The position numbers were made by a program, and so were the translations under genes. The notes below the pieces were generated by a model. The model was not told the origin of the DNA. It was given only the letters and a program-made list of their open reading frames with translations, and made no database searches. A stretch of 63,484 nucleotides of DNA, counting the filler, from Sphacelaria rigidula (lineage: Eukaryota): assembly GCA_964200075.2 (NCBI GenBank). It is 8 parts of 8 records of this genome, joined end to end, with 100 filler letters (N's around TTAATTAATTAA, not from the genome) between each part and the next. Parts side by side here need not be neighbours in the genome. Positions count along the whole stretch, not along the records: positions 23,845 to 31,692 come from CAXNAA020013250.1; positions 31,793 to 39,640 come from CAXNAA020013251.1; 6 more parts are not named here. One strand, written 5' to 3'. Shown in pieces: positions 24,485-37,926 of the stretch; the first letter of the stretch is position 1, and each line of letters starts with the position of its first letter.

Positions 24485-24850
24485 CGCTGTGTTGTCGTGT
24501 GTGTTGTCTCATCTATTCTGGACGCCAGTCTACACCTTTTGGTATATGTGGGCACACCAGCTGGGGTCACACAGGAGGAAGGTCAACACAGGAGCTTTTT
24601 ATTTTATATTTGTTTTTAGTACCCCACCTTCCTTCTGCGGTGCTTGCCTTTTTATTTTTTTTACGCGAGAGGGGCATAGCAATCCGTTTCCCTCGTCGAC
24701 CGTCTCGTCGAATTTTGTGTACCCACGACATAGTCGCTCTCCACTGTTGAGCATGGTGTGGGATAAAATACTAGATCGCTCCGAGAGTTGATCCCACGAC
24801 CCAACCGTCAGAAGGTGTCGAGGTTACCAACTGAGCCACCGGGGCGACCG
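24485..24850 (-). mobile_element. SINE family A, full length
   Basis: Reverse complement aligns end to end with 6737-7092. Confidence 0.85.
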
Positions 24851-25609
24851 TATACTGTCATCAACAAAGACTACACGCGTCTCACGACTATGGCCCTGAG
24901 TTGTGACAGGCGTGGGAGTCGTACTCGTTGAATTAGCCCCCATCAACCCTCTCGTTGAGTCGTCGGAGTCGACTCCGATTCGTGCTTCACTTCTACGCGT
25001 AGTCGAGTTATGCCGTGATAGCCGCCCCCCCAAGAGGGCAAAAAAACTGTTCTGAAGTAAAAACCCATACATCGCATGGAGATGATGAATGTTTCCAGAA
25101 ACCAGGCCTTGGGCCGCTCCTTTCAACTGACAAAAAAATCTAGAAAAATTGCCCCTTTTTCTCTGGACTTGACTGTTTTTTACCGTCCTTGGACAAAAAT
25201 TCTTCTTTGGCGAACTGCGGCCACCGGAAAACGGGAAGATGTTCTGGAACCGCCTCAACTAGTAGAGCAAGTCATTCCAAGGTGTCAAACTCCGCCTATT
25301 ATAGCTCTCTTTCGGGGCGTGTAACGACGTAAAAGCTCCAAAAAAGGCACTTTCCTAGATTTTTATTTTTGTCTGTTGTAAGGAGTGGCCTTAAAATTTC
25401 TTGTCAAGAATTCAGATATAGCTGGTTTCAAAAAGCAGATCTTGTGATTTTGTTTTGAAGAATGCAGATATAGCCGGTCCCAGGAACCAGTTTAAGTGGA
25501 ATATGGAAATATAGCTGGTTTCAGAAGCCAGGTCTGAACACCCTACTTTTGCCTTGTTTCCCATCGCACTTCTCTGGGGGAGGTTACCGCAGCTATCGCT
25601 CAATCGTAG

Positions 25610-25820
25610 AAGTCGACTGAGGGCGTGTCTTGGCATATTTTTCTTCGATCGAAAATGTGCGGTGGAAAGGGAAAACTCCGATCTGATAGGTCGTTATTTC
25701 AACCATCGTCGTTTATTTTGAAGATGGTTGAAATCACGACCAATCAGATCGGGATTTTAGTTTTCCCCCACATTTTTTCGATCGAAATATGATGTGCTAA
25801 GACACGGCCTGAGTCGTCTT
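25610..25820. mobile_element. Foldback MITE (family M3)
   Basis: About 100-bp inverted arms: agtcgactgagggcgtgtcttggca...tcaaccatc / gatggttga...tgctaagacacggcctgagtcgtct. Confidence 0.75.
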
Positions 25821-27455
25821 TCAGGTCCCGAATTTAGTCGTGGCAGTTTACTCCGAGTCGTCCTTCATCCTCCGAGTTTAGTCGTATGAGGGAAAAAATC
25901 GCGACTAAAGAATCCTCGAGCAAGGAACACCACGAATCGGTATGTGCGTCGTTTTCTTTTTTCTCTGCGGATTTCTTTTGTTCGGTCTCGTCATTTTTTT
26001 TCTGCTACAGTACCTTACGTTCAAAGTGGTACGGGTTGCTTTGATTTTTTTCTCATGTGGTACTCTTCGATAGAACTCGAAAGTGCCAGCGTCGGTAGAT
26101 TTTGGTACAATAAACAGATCGTCCTCAAAACACAGTGCCCAAGCTAGTGTCACTTGGTGTTATCGGGCGATACGAGAAGATACCCCATTTATCAGGAGGG
26201 TGTTATTGACCGTGAAACACAGTTTTTCGGCTCTAGTGCAATGAGAGGGTAGAGTTAACAAACAAACAAGCCTCTTCATTTCTTCACGAATACGATCGAG
26301 ACAGGCTCTATCGACTGAAAATACCGGAGAGTCAGAATCTGGACTAAAAATTTGCAGGACCCCCGATGACCGTTCAGCCCGTAAGTCACTTAATATTGAG
26401 TACAGCTGAGTTTTTTTTTCTTGAAATATGGAGCGGATGCTAGTATCTTCAGGTCCCCAATGTGATGAGCAGTGGCAGGCGAATGGACCTAAGAATATAA
26501 CCAATTACGAAGAAATTACCAAAGATCCTACTTTGAACGTGAGGTACTGTACTACGATATTTTCCCTCATATTTACGTGGGATCTACCGTATCCGCCGTG
26601 TCCGCGCGACGAATCAAAGATAGGATCTTCATTGCGGGAAGATCCCCCGATAGCAGCTCAATGCAAAGTCATGGATTTTGGAGAAATTTTCGACGATGAC
26701 ATACAATCGCCGCGAACAAAACGAAAAAGAAAACTGCCCGGAAGCAGCCACGTATCCACTGCGGAATGGTTTTACGGTAGGGGTGAAAAAATTATTCTGG
26801 GGTAGTAGGGTTGCTGGATTCAGACATTTGCCGATAACGATGACACAGAGGTGTATGAAATCCAAGTCGCACTGAACGTGGGGCGATTCTCTCGCAAACA
26901 AAGATTACAAATCATGGTATTTGTCATCGTTTTGGTAACACAATGTGAATGTACCGCAGGCAAGATGTGGCCGAAGAAGTGCACCACTGCCGTAGATCCA
27001 CTCTGCGGGGGATGCTTTTTTGCGAATGCTTTTTTCTGCGGCGTGGATGCTGTCGGCCCTCTCCTTCGTTTTTGGGTGCTACCCTACCCCCAAGACATGA
27101 CGTAGCATCGCCTATCGACGTGGAACAGAGGGAAGCTACGCCCGCAGACTCTAACGTTTTCGTCGCGTGCAATGAGAGTGTGTTTCTAATTTCTGCTTGT
27201 CGGCCCGATACTGCTGTAGTCAATATTTAAATATGGTATCCACCTAGACGTTTTTTTTTTCTTCACAGACGATCTGTCACTTTCACTCGAGAATTTTGAG
27301 AGTCGGTAGGCGTTGGGAAATGAAGCAGGCCGTGCTCAGGACACATTTCCCAATTTGGTGATGTCGGAACGATACAGAGTAAAACCTCGTCGTTCATCGA
27401 GGGGATGTTATTGACCGTATATATCTCCTACTGCTTTCTCACGCCCGTGGCGTAG

Positions 27456-29070
27456 GATCTATTGTCCGCGGGAGTACTGGCGGACGGAGACCCGTACTTT
27501 GGCTTCAACGAAGTACGATACGGCTGGGTTGCCCTCACGGACTGGACGTACTGCCTCACCCTGCGAAGAGAGTGCTGGCTTTCAACCGGGTGCGGAGCCA
27601 AAGTCGGGCTCGGCCACCGCGACAACAGTTTTTCGGATAGGATGCAAACGATTATTTTTTACGTTTTCGCGATCGATTCGATTCCCGTAGTCCTTTTTTT
27701 TTTTCAGGAGAAATTCTTTGATTCCACTCGTTGTTTCTTCTATGATGTTCTCGTCATACGCCGTCTTGCGACTCAGGCCGCCGCAGCATGTTTGTTTGCC
27801 ACCTCAACCGTGCTTTTTACATCCTTATCACCCCTGCGCCCCCCCCCCCCCCTCCCATTCCCCTCCCATTCCCCTCCAACCCCTCCCGGTGGTTCTATTG
27901 TATTGATTTTTACAACTTAATGAGGAACGGTTTACTTTTACTCCGCCAAAGTCGAAACACCGGTGCCGTAGACAATCTCCTTGATGTCCCGTTACACATC
28001 AGCATACACAGTTTTACGAGAGAGAACATATTCTGCATTCGTAGGTCGTGTGGGGAAATACCCCACCCAACACACCCTCGACACTCTTCACAAGAATACG
28101 CATCCCTGAGTCGTCGTGCACCGTTCTTGCTGCATGTGAATACTCCCCTCGTAGTTTTTCATCAAAATGCCGATAGCAAAGCTCGATTGATGCAGTGTGC
28201 TTGAACAACTTCATGTGAGCCCCAACTGCCTACCCCATGATGTCGTACTCCAGGGCGACTGGTCGCGATGATGACGACTGGTGGGGCACAGCGACGATCA
28301 GGAATCCCGACGAAAACAGGCGGTGGCAGCACCCAAGGATTGAGAACAAAGAGAGGTGATAATTTTTGTAGTTCATCGAGGATGGATACGTGGCAAGGGT
28401 AAAAGCTGTGTGATTGCTTGCTCCGTGTTTCATCTACTTTCCTTTTTCCTTGTTCTCACTCTCCGTGCTTCCCCCTGTGGCTATTCGCAATGGCTATTCG
28501 CAATAAATTGACCATGATTAGTTGCTGTGGTCATATCTTCCATCGTCTCCTATCATTATTTTTTGTTCTCACTTCTACCTCCTCCCCTTTTCCTGGGGAC
28601 GCGAGCCCGCGGTCTTGAGGAAATCAACCCATTGGTCCCCTGGTACACGCCTGACATTTTGATATTGTAGATTGGATCATGACCATCAGCACTCCCGCAC
28701 CGCGTCGACCGCGTCTAACAAACTCAAACAAACACCTCTACATCTTATTTTTTGTTACTCATGTACGTCCCCACGCTTTCAACGACGGAAATCAGGTACT
28801 TCTTGAGAAAAAAAAACTAGACAAATCGAGGATCAAACACGCGCCTTTCCCGCCCTCATGGTGTCAGTTGTACCATTCGACCACCGGGGCACAGTACGTG
28901 GTTTTTATTTTTTCACAAAAATAACGGATTATTGACTCCTAGTGTCGGATGTTGTCGTTTTTTTTTTTTTGTAATCAAATCTCCTGCAGACTTGCGACGG
29001 TCGGTCTCCTTACCTTCGAAGCGATCGACACGTTCGCCAATGTGCGGGTCAACGGGCACGAAGTCGGAAG
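27456..29070 (+). CDS. MANBA: Beta-mannosidase (GH2) N-terminal exons, partial
   Basis: Exons 27456-27589, 28254-28355 and 28990-29070 are phase-2 consistent: DLLSAGVLADGDPYFGFNEVRYGWVALTDWTY...LLTFEAIDTFANVRVNGHEVG, matching the GH2 beta-mannosidase sugar-binding-domain pattern. Confidence 0.8.
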
Positions 29071-29604
29071 GTGTGTGCACGGGGTACTGTACATTTTCAC
29101 GTATTCTCATACTCCAGATAATCGCGGGAGAAAAAAACCGGATCAAAATTGCTCTATTTGGAAATGAAAATATACATACCGAACAAATGTAGCTTCTTCA
29201 CCAGGCTCGACGAATAAAAATGTGTCATTGAGCAGCTATGCAAAATTCAAGTCTCTCGCTCGTGTGGGCACACTGGTCAGGTCGTTAGATTACCTTTCTA
29301 CAAACGCGAAATACGACGTAGCCACGGCATATTCGATTTTCAGCCGAGCCCAACTGTTAGCATCCGGAACAACACATTACAGGTGGAGGGGAATGACTGC
29401 CCGCCCTCCCCCAATGGTGATTCGTTTCCTACTGCGTTTCTCTCAAGAAAAGAGATTCTGTATGACGGATTAAGTCCAACTACCGCGGAATATTCGATTT
29501 TCGATCCGGAACTTGTGATACTGTATCCTGAGAGTTTGCGCTTCCCGCGCCGCCCTTGATGGTAGCTATTGGAGCAGAAGCATGAGTATAGGAGGGCAAG
29601 TCGA

Positions 29605-29718
29605 TCAGGCTGGGGAACGGGAGTGTACTCATGATCTTGCATGCCGTGGTCGTAAGACAAATGACCTCGCATCCCCACCAAGCCGGGACGGAGTACACCG
29701 GTTTTTCGCCGGACAAGG
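29605..29718 (+). repeat. Composite repeat: module X + module Y
   Basis: gtgtactcatgatcttgcatgcc (cf. 50532, 50763 reverse) joined to aagccgggacggagtacaccgg...gccggacaagg (cf. 8170). Confidence 0.6.
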
Positions 29719-29921
29719 TTCGCAATCAATCGCCAAGCGTGAAGCGCCGTGGTGTGTTGGGCGAGTCGCGTGAGAGGTGAGCTGTATCCTGCTAAGATTG
29801 TTCGGCCCGAAGCCTACTGGCTATCTTGCATATGAATGGCAGCCTACAATGAATTGCTTCATTTTCTGGTATCGCCACTCCCAGAGACACCTACGGCTGA
29901 TACGCTGCCTCGTGGGTGTCT

Positions 29922-30125
29922 CACCATGTAAACACTATGTAGTATGATCATCCCTTCTGCGCGGACTTGAGGTTCTCCCACCCAGCACAATATGATGTAG
30001 CTCGACCACCATCACGGTTACCGCATAAAAACGTAAGTGCGCAAACAAACCGGTAACCCAGTTAGTTGCCTAGCTTTCGCAGTGAGTGGCGTATTCATCA
30101 GCGACGTTCCAAATCGAAACCAACT
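29922..30125 (+). repeat. Repeat family C copy
   Basis: Aligns with 7949-8140. Confidence 0.75.
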
Positions 30126-30701
30126 GTTGAAGGGGGGCGGGGAGGAGGGATTGAGAGAGACAGAGAAATGGACATTTCGAGCCCGCAGTTGCTTTCTGTT
30201 TTTTTTTTCTTCAACAAGAGACCCTTATGGTTGAAAACCAGTGGTTGATGGCGCATGTAATTTATGTTTTATCGCGAAGGCATCTTTGAATCAGTATCAT
30301 CATGTGCTAAAACTTTGCTGTATTGGTACGACTGATATTGGTATTCACTCCCTGCGGGCGAGCTGTGGTTTGATTTATTTATCTTTTGATTAGTTGATTG
30401 TCACACATCATCTAATCCCCGGGGAACCGAAGCATGCTCACAAGATGGATATACCGAAGGGAAACAGGACGAAAACGCCGGCTAAAGACGAATAAAAGTG
30501 GGAGAAACACGCAAGAAATATATATATATATATATATATGGAACAAACCCCCCAAAAAGTACTGTAAACTGAGAAATAAAAAAACAAAGCAAACATGACG
30601 GCAACGACCATGTACAAAAACAAAAACAAAAACAAAGGGGAGGAAGGGAAAAGAAGAGGAAGAGAGAGGAGCTGTAGAAGTAAAGTAATGGGAATAAAAG
30701 G

Positions 30702-30947
30702 CAAGGTTATTTTCTGCAGGGTATACCCGACAAAGGGAGATTTTCGGCTGGTTTACAAAACCATGGTTTACTAAACCATACCGAAGTGTGTACCGAACAT
30801 GCCGGTATGTTCCAGCAGGGTAACGAGTCTGGTTACCAACAATCCGATATGCTTCGGTTCGAAAGCGTATTTGCCGGTAAAGTATCTCTTGTATATATGT
30901 GCAAGTACCCGAATTTCAGTCGGTATATTCTGCAGAACACAACCTTG
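30702..30947. mobile_element. hAT-like MITE, degenerate copy
   Basis: TIRs caaggttattttctgcag...ctgcagaacacaaccttg, the same termini as 62657-63203. Confidence 0.65.
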
Positions 30948-31220
30948 AAATAAAGTAAAAATCGAAATGAGCCTAGAAATGTCCAGTCCGTGCAGGATGA
31001 CTTCGGGTGAAGAAAGGCCGTGCGTAACAAGCACGTGCAAGAAGGTCTCCTGTAGTTCAATCGGTCCCATACGGATGTTTCGTAGTGTAGGTGCCCTTTT
31101 TCGTGTAGATGATTTGTTTCTTGCCTTCTTCTGTGGGCTGTTTGGGTTTTGGGTATGGATGGTATGCTCATTGCACACTGTGACCACGGGTTCGAGAGAT
31201 CGAGCTAATGTGACGAACAC

Positions 31221-31310
<90 letters not shown>

Positions 31311-31316
31311 AAGAAG
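31221..31316 (+). repeat. Compound microsatellite (AAT)20(AAG)12
   Basis: Direct reading. Confidence 0.95.
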
Positions 31317-32106
31317 AATAGAATCGAGTCTCCTGTTGAGTACGTCGTGCCAAGGGGCAAATAATGTATGGCCGATCCAGCGCTGTCATCCGCCTATATT
31401 CCGGACCATGGCACAGAGAATCAGAAGGGGTGTGAACTTAGGATAAAAGAAGAACACAACGAGGACGCACGTGGAGACTGAATTATCTGGGTTCACAGGG
31501 TCGTGATGACGGAGACGCTGAAGTTAAATCGCATATCATCCTCTAAATGCGGAGAAGCAACAACCAATCATGCACAACCCAGTCGTACCCTTGGTGAGCG
31601 ATTGTCAGAGGAACACGATAGCCGAGCCCCCCCCCCCCCCCCCCCCCCCCGCCGGCCCCGTCGGCGGGAGCCGCCGTCAAAAAAGAACGAGANNNNNNNN
31701 NNNNNNNNNNNNNNNNNNNNNNNNNNNNNNNNNNNNTTAATTAATTAANNNNNNNNNNNNNNNNNNNNNNNNNNNNNNNNNNNNNNNNNNNNCAGGCACG
31801 TGGAATCGCGCAAAAGTTGCGTGGATACCCCTTGGACCAGCAATCAACTTTTTTCTCCCTTTGGGGCGATCAGGCCGAAGAAATCGTGAATTTGGTAGTT
31901 TTGAGTCGTGATGACTTGTCTTAACCGTGAAATGATCCGCCGCTCGATACTGGAATCAAGTAAGCGTGTGATCCTTCTCGGAACAGTAATTTACACCAAA
32001 ACAAACCTTCCATTACCACGACGACGTGAACGGCTGGGCAAGAGTCACAAAAAAGAAGGCCCAGCAGTTCAACGGACTCGACAAAACAGAAGAGTAAACG
32101 GCTCGG

Positions 32107-32423
32107 CAAGAGTCACAAAAAAGGCGCCGTCCCATTTTCGAAAATAATGGCCTCCCCTGCCAGTAGAGAGTTTTTTTTCACATCCTCCGCCCGCCGTCCC
32201 ATTTTCAAAAGAAGGGGGCACAGGTCCGGAAACATAACGGCTTCCCCTGCCAGTAGAGGTTTTTTCACATCCTCTGCCCACCGTCCCGTTTTCAAAAAAA
32301 AGGGGGCACAGGTTTGGAAACATAATGGTCTCCCCTGCCAGTAGAGGTTTTTTCACGTCCTCTGCCCGCCGTCCCATTTTCAAAATAAGAGGGCAGAGGT
32401 TTGGAAACATTTTTCGACTCTTG
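32107..32423. repeat. About 89-bp tandem repeat x3 bracketed by short inverted ends (caagagtc...gactcttg); possible MITE
   Basis: cccctgccagtagag recurs with cagtagag at 32161, 32251 and 32339. Confidence 0.75.
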
Positions 32424-35099
32424 ACGGCAAACTGCCTGGTTTTTCCGCGTTTGTCTTGTTCTACTTTTGCAAGTTTTCCCTCACATGTCGAAGAGTTCAG
32501 TCGTACGGTACACTATAAGGGAAGTCCCTCTGCAATTGTACTATCTTGAACCCAGGTTTTCCTAGTAAGACCCGTGTATCAGCACAGCGCGTTGAGGGTG
32601 CCTCCAGTTCGGAACACACCGAACAGACACCACAGTATATAGCGTAAATCATCGGTTGAGTAAACCTCTATAGTTGCTCTGGTAACCGAACAGCTGCTTG
32701 CTCAAACGTATGCGTAATGCAAACGGAATTGTCAACTTTGCTCAACAGGCATCACGGAAATGCACGACTGAATCGAGAACGTGGACGAATGCTGTTCGTT
32801 CACATTGTTTCACATATCAGAATATTTAGCACCACAATTTCATCGACATAAATAGCCCATGCATGCCTGAGATTCATCCGTCTGTGTGGTTCATCTGTGC
32901 GAGGAGTTCTTCTCGCTGTTTCGCTGTGCGTGTGCTGCGCGCGCGATATGATCCGCGCGATACGCCCAAGTACATGACATCCCGGCAAAAAACACAACCC
33001 ATGCGTACGAAATCATTGAGTTATGTGCAGTATAAGATCAAGACAAGAACGGGGCAACACATGAACGGTCAGCAACGACACGTTTTCTATTCATGGTCAA
33101 GGAGCGTTTAGATAGTCATTTCCAGATCAATACCCCATGCATGCCTGAGATACGTCTGCGTACCGTGTCGTATGCTGCGGGCGCGATATGATGCGCCGTC
33201 TCTTGTGTAGGGTGGATTGAAAACTGAATTGGTTGCGAGCGGCAGTACCTCAGTCGAGACACCATTTCGTTTGCAAGCAGATCAAGTCCGACACAGTGCA
33301 CGACAGCCGCCGTCAATCCAGTAATTCCTCACCATTTGATCGTACCGCTCAGGATTTAGGCCCACCGATTCGTTTCAGCTTGCACCGCCGTCCCAAGATG
33401 AGCGGTTTTCTTCGGCAAGTATGGCATTGAGTAAACACCGCTGGTGTTTATTGTCAAGACAAAATGCTCCCACGTGAAACCACGCGTGCTGCGCTTCTAT
33501 CCTCGATGTATGTGCGTGTCCGATCAGGTTGCGTTGTAAAGGTGTAAAATTCTTCAGTTATAATGTGTTTTTGTCACGCTCGTTGAGATTTTTCGAACCT
33601 GTCTCCGACTACAAGTAGTTGTTCCGATTTTGAGTTCTTCAGTGCATCATTCCTCCTGAAAACTCTGATCACGTGCTCTCCTACCACAAGTCATGTTCTG
33701 GAGGGTGTGGCGGCAAAACTCTCTTCGGCGTACCTGCTGCGTGTTTTGGGAAAGTATATGCTCCCCTCCGTTGTGTCCGGAAATTCCTTTTTCAAAAGGA
33801 GATTTCAGAACGTGCTTTTGCGCTGCCTGAAGTCCCCCTAAAACAGGGGATTTCTACTTCTATACTCTGCGTTGGTTGTGCTGGCTGTGTACTGAAAGTG
33901 TGATCCAAGTCATTACGGTTGGGGTGGTCATGCGGTACTGACCAGCCACACGTGTTTTTGCCATAATCCTAGGTTGAACAGATGTCGATGATGCACCCGG
34001 GTGCATATACGAAGTGTAATTTTTCTGCTTCGCGGACGTTAGGGTAGAGTTCACCACTGGGTGAAGTGAAGCTGCCCCGACTCGGATATGTATATTGTGG
34101 ACACTGATATCTGGAACTTTAATAATGGGGGCTGCACTCCTAGCTTGCGTAGAACGCGCTTTTGTCTAAATGAGGTCTTCAAGGGCGGGTCGAGTGGAGT
34201 ATACTAAATTGCGAGGTATTTTGAAAGACGTACGTGAGGTACTCAAATTAGAGCAGAGTGTCGTGAGCCGTACCCAAAAAATAACTGGGGAGCGATCCCC
34301 AAAACCCTACCCGAGCAATGCTTCGATAGGGGTTGCACTTTTTGTTTCCGGGTTTCGTTTTTGTAGGAACCCAAATATATGGGGCTTACTGTGCAACCCA
34401 AATCTCCGGGGACAGGACATGGAGATGCAGACAGGGGCCTTATCGTGAATCGGCATCATTTTCAATCTTGTTCAAGTGAAAATGATGTCGATTCTCAAAA
34501 TAATCCATGCAACACCCCGAGAATCATTTTCGCTCGAAAAGTGCAACTCTACCGTAGCATCACTCACCCCCAATTTGTGTACTTCAACTTCGACTTCCAA
34601 AATACCCCGCAGTTGAGTATATATAGTCTACCCGACCTGCCCTTGGAGGTCTTCCAACGCACAATTTGCCTAGCAAACTCTCCAAAACTTCGCAACGATT
34701 GACGAAGAGCAACAGAACCTACAGGCAGAGTAGTAGAACCAGTTTCACAGGAAATTTGTGCAGACCCGCCGGTCCAACCAACACCGCACTTGTGAATGCA
34801 CCCGCACACAGAGCTGGCAGATAGCGCACGCCACGGCACGCACACCACCAATGCCACAGCTCACACGCACACATACACAGACGAAACACCAATAACGGCA
34901 AAAATCAAGAGATCATGCAGCGGAAAGACCAAGCCCACCGCTCCTGCTCGACAAACGCATACAAGGGAAGTTTTGACCCCAGTATCCTCCTTCGAGGAAA
35001 ACAAAAAAACGACTCTTGATATTATTTTCACACCAACTGCAAGGCCGGGGCATGTTTGCTATTTTTTGCGTTGTGTGCTTCAAGCCCAAATGCACCCAC

Positions 35100-36629
35100 T
35101 GGGTTAATAACCCTCTCCAGGGCACGTCTCGCGCTCAGCGGGAAAAAACGGACAATGGCCTGTTTCTTCTGCAAGTATTCAGGGTCGGCTTGAAAAGCAC
35201 TTGGAAATAAGGATCGACCCCGGAATGTCTCAGTCGTGTGCAAGTGCATGTAGCGCTGAATAGGAAGAGCGTTACCTTAGCGCATGACTTCTCAATGTTA
35301 TTGAGGATGCAGCCTAAAATCAAGCGTATCCCAAAGAACGAAGGAAAACGGGCGATGGTTAGTAAAATGTCGCCGAACAGCCCGGACATTTTTCGGAGGC
35401 TAGCAATCCTCCCGCGTTTAGCACCCCTACACACGCGGCCATTTGGCTATCCCTAAAAATACCTCCGGAGGGATGCGCAGCCTCCCAGAGACAAAACAAG
35501 CCCTCCAGAGACAAAACATGCCTCCGGGGGCCTTCAATCCCTCTGGAGGAAACTAAACACTACGACCCTGGAGGGCCGCGCACCCCTCCGGAGGAATTTG
35601 TGGGTAGAAACATCCCTCCGGAGGGATACGCGGCCTTCCGGAGGCAAAACCATGCCTCCGGAGGCGTTTGATCCCTCTGGAGGAAACAAAAAAACTCTTC
35701 TCTGGAGAGCCGCGCACCCGTCAGGAGGGCCGCCCACCCCTCCGGAGGTGCTCAGTTCCTCCGGGGGCTCGAAACGTTGACCGCCCTGGAGGAAATTTGG
35801 GGGTAGCCAAATGGTCGCGTGTATAGCGCTTATCATGTTAGCCGTGGGGCTGGAAGTCCTTATTGACTTATACTTTGTACTGTACTGATTAGTTATGGTT
35901 AACTTCGTTTTCACTTTTCGCAATTTTGTTTAAACCTCCACCCGTGCAAGACTCGTGGCTCTGATACGTTCGGCACTCCTGCCACGCGCGCCAGCCGTGG
36001 CTTACCGCTAGTCCAATGTATTATTAGGCTAAATGTCTCGCCGCTTGGTACTGGAATAAAGAAAGTCGTGTGATCCTTCTCGCAACAGTAATTTACACCA
36101 CACGCATGGACTGACTAGGATAAAACGGTCGCTCTTCTCGATCGCCATGCAAACGAAGGCCGGACGATATTCCGTGTTGTACGGTCAAGTTGAATCAGTA
36201 CCCATTGAATTTGAGAACCCAGTATTTTGTACACTACCAATCCGACACACTTGTGGATGTGTTCCTCTGTACTGCTGCGTGTGTGTTATACCTCTCCGAA
36301 CAAAATATGCGCCAATGTAAATAAGACAGTCCACGACTCCACCTCACGGATTGCCGAAACGAAGAAGAGCACTGTTTATAGACTGGCAAGAGCCTCACCC
36401 ACCTTGCCCGAGGCTTCTCCTTTTGTCTTTGTTGGGATGGGGGTGAGGACTACGGTCAGGCAGTACAGTAAAGTACACAGCTAGCTGCATAGTCTTGGCG
36501 AGGGATACTCGCGGCTCTCTCATGTGTGTTAGATTTGTAGGATGTGTTCAGCGTTACGTTGGATAGCTAACACAGGCACGGCGCTGTCTTCAACACCCGG
36601 TCGATGGGTTCAGCGGTGGCCGTCTCCAT
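35100..36629 (-). CDS. Putative uncharacterised multi-exon gene (5' part)
   Basis: Phase-consistent exons 36629-36572, 36371-36292, 35313-35276 and 35199-~35100 give METATAEPIDRVLKTAPCLLLFFVSAIREVESWTVLFTLAHILFGEAASSITLRSHALSAFQADPEYLQKKQAIVRFF; no family recognised. Confidence 0.35.
35430..35823. mobile_element. TA-flanked MITE with internal CCTCCGGAGG palindrome array
   Basis: TIRs (Y)ACACGCG.CCATTTGGCTA.CCC at both ends, TA at 35428-35429 and 35824-35825, and more than a dozen degenerate CCTCCGGAGG units inside. Confidence 0.8.
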
Positions 36630-36689
36630 GATACATTACTGCTGCTGTTACTCCTGCTGGCTGGTGATCACTCGCTTGTGCGTGCGTTT

Positions 36690-36691
<2 letters not shown>

Positions 36692-36723
<32 letters not shown>

Positions 36724-36778
36724 CACGACGCGGCGCCCGTGTGTGTGTGTGTGTGCGTGCGTGCGTGCGTGTATGTGT
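36692..36778 (+). repeat. (GT)n/(GTGC)n microsatellite
   Basis: Direct reading. Confidence 0.9.
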
Positions 36779-36854
36779 ACATACTTTCAAATCAAGACAA
36801 CTACGGATAAACATTGATACCGTATGGACTCTCAAATGAAGACGATTGCGGACA

Positions 36855-37420
36855 AACACCGCAGAAGGAAGGTGGGGTACTAGAAACAAATAGAAGAGAA
36901 AAAGCTCTCGTGTTGGGCTTCCTCCGGTGTGACCGCGGCTGATGCGCCCACATATACCGAAAGGTGCGGACTGGCGTCCAGAATAGATGGCATGGCAACA
37001 CACACAGAGGGCAAGGGGCCGCTGAAGAACCCTTCTCACGAATATAAGGGAAGGCAAGTACCGCAGAAGGAACGCGGACTTCGCAAGACAAAATTAAAAC
37101 CCTGGCCTTGCTGTGTGAACGTCTCCTGTCTTGCCAGTAAGTGTCTCTCTGTCTTCAAAATACAATATCACGAAAATAAGAACACTACCCAGTAGTAGTG
37201 GTCGGTCGCCCCAGTGGCTCAATTCGTACCCTCGAATCCTTCTGACGGTTGGGTCGTTGGTTCGAACCTCGATGGAGTGACACGAACAGGAATTTCTCTC
37301 ACACCATACCCAACAGTGGAGAGCGACTGTGTCGTGGGTATCCGAAGTTCGACTGCATGGTCGACAAGGGAAAGGGACTGCTGAAGCCCTCTCGCGATAA
37401 AAAAAAAGGCAAGCACCAGG
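36855..37420 (+). mobile_element. Cluster of SINE-A fragments (3' half 36855-37006, middle piece 37007-37075, 5' half 37203-37420)
   Basis: Segments align with 6737-7092. Confidence 0.8.
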
Positions 37421-37926
37421 GGGCAGCGCGGATACTTTTTTCGGGCACGTCCCCCCCCCCTGCCCCCCGGGGGATATTTTTTCGGAAATTGTCACGTTTC
37501 TTTTTATTTCGTCAACTTTGTCGCAAGAAATTTATCAACAAACACTATTCTAATTTTTTTCTGTTACGTTTGTCACAAGAAATTGATGAATAAACACAGA
37601 CGAAAACCGAAAACTCTGGTGGGCTCTGCGGAGTTTGTATATGTACCACATCCTTCTGTAAAGTATATTTATTATAAGAGAAGCATACGTACTGTGTGCG
37701 ATATATAAAAATACAGTTTATAAAATATGATAGGGTATGAATTAGGGAGCAGAATTATACATTAAATATATAATGAATAACATAAACTACATAATACATA
37801 ATACACAACCATGTTATATCATTTATTATACATTTTATAAGGGTCTCTACTGTCAACAGCAGCTGACCGTATCCGCCAACGCTTCGGACACAAACCAGGG
37901 CAGACACGGCTGGGGGTTACCCCCCC

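Noticed and set aside
31168-31446. Poly-Ile/Arg and poly-Tyr/Ser ORFs (also the CCAVL ORFs at 57494-57894)
   Set aside because: Translations of microsatellites.
32125-32410. CRISPR-like repeat
   Set aside because: Whole ~89-bp units are repeated with no unique spacers.
35460-35795. CRISPR array
   Set aside because: Repeats are only ~10 bp and degenerate, spacers are short and partly duplicated, the array is bounded by TIRs, the context is eukaryotic and there are no cas genes.
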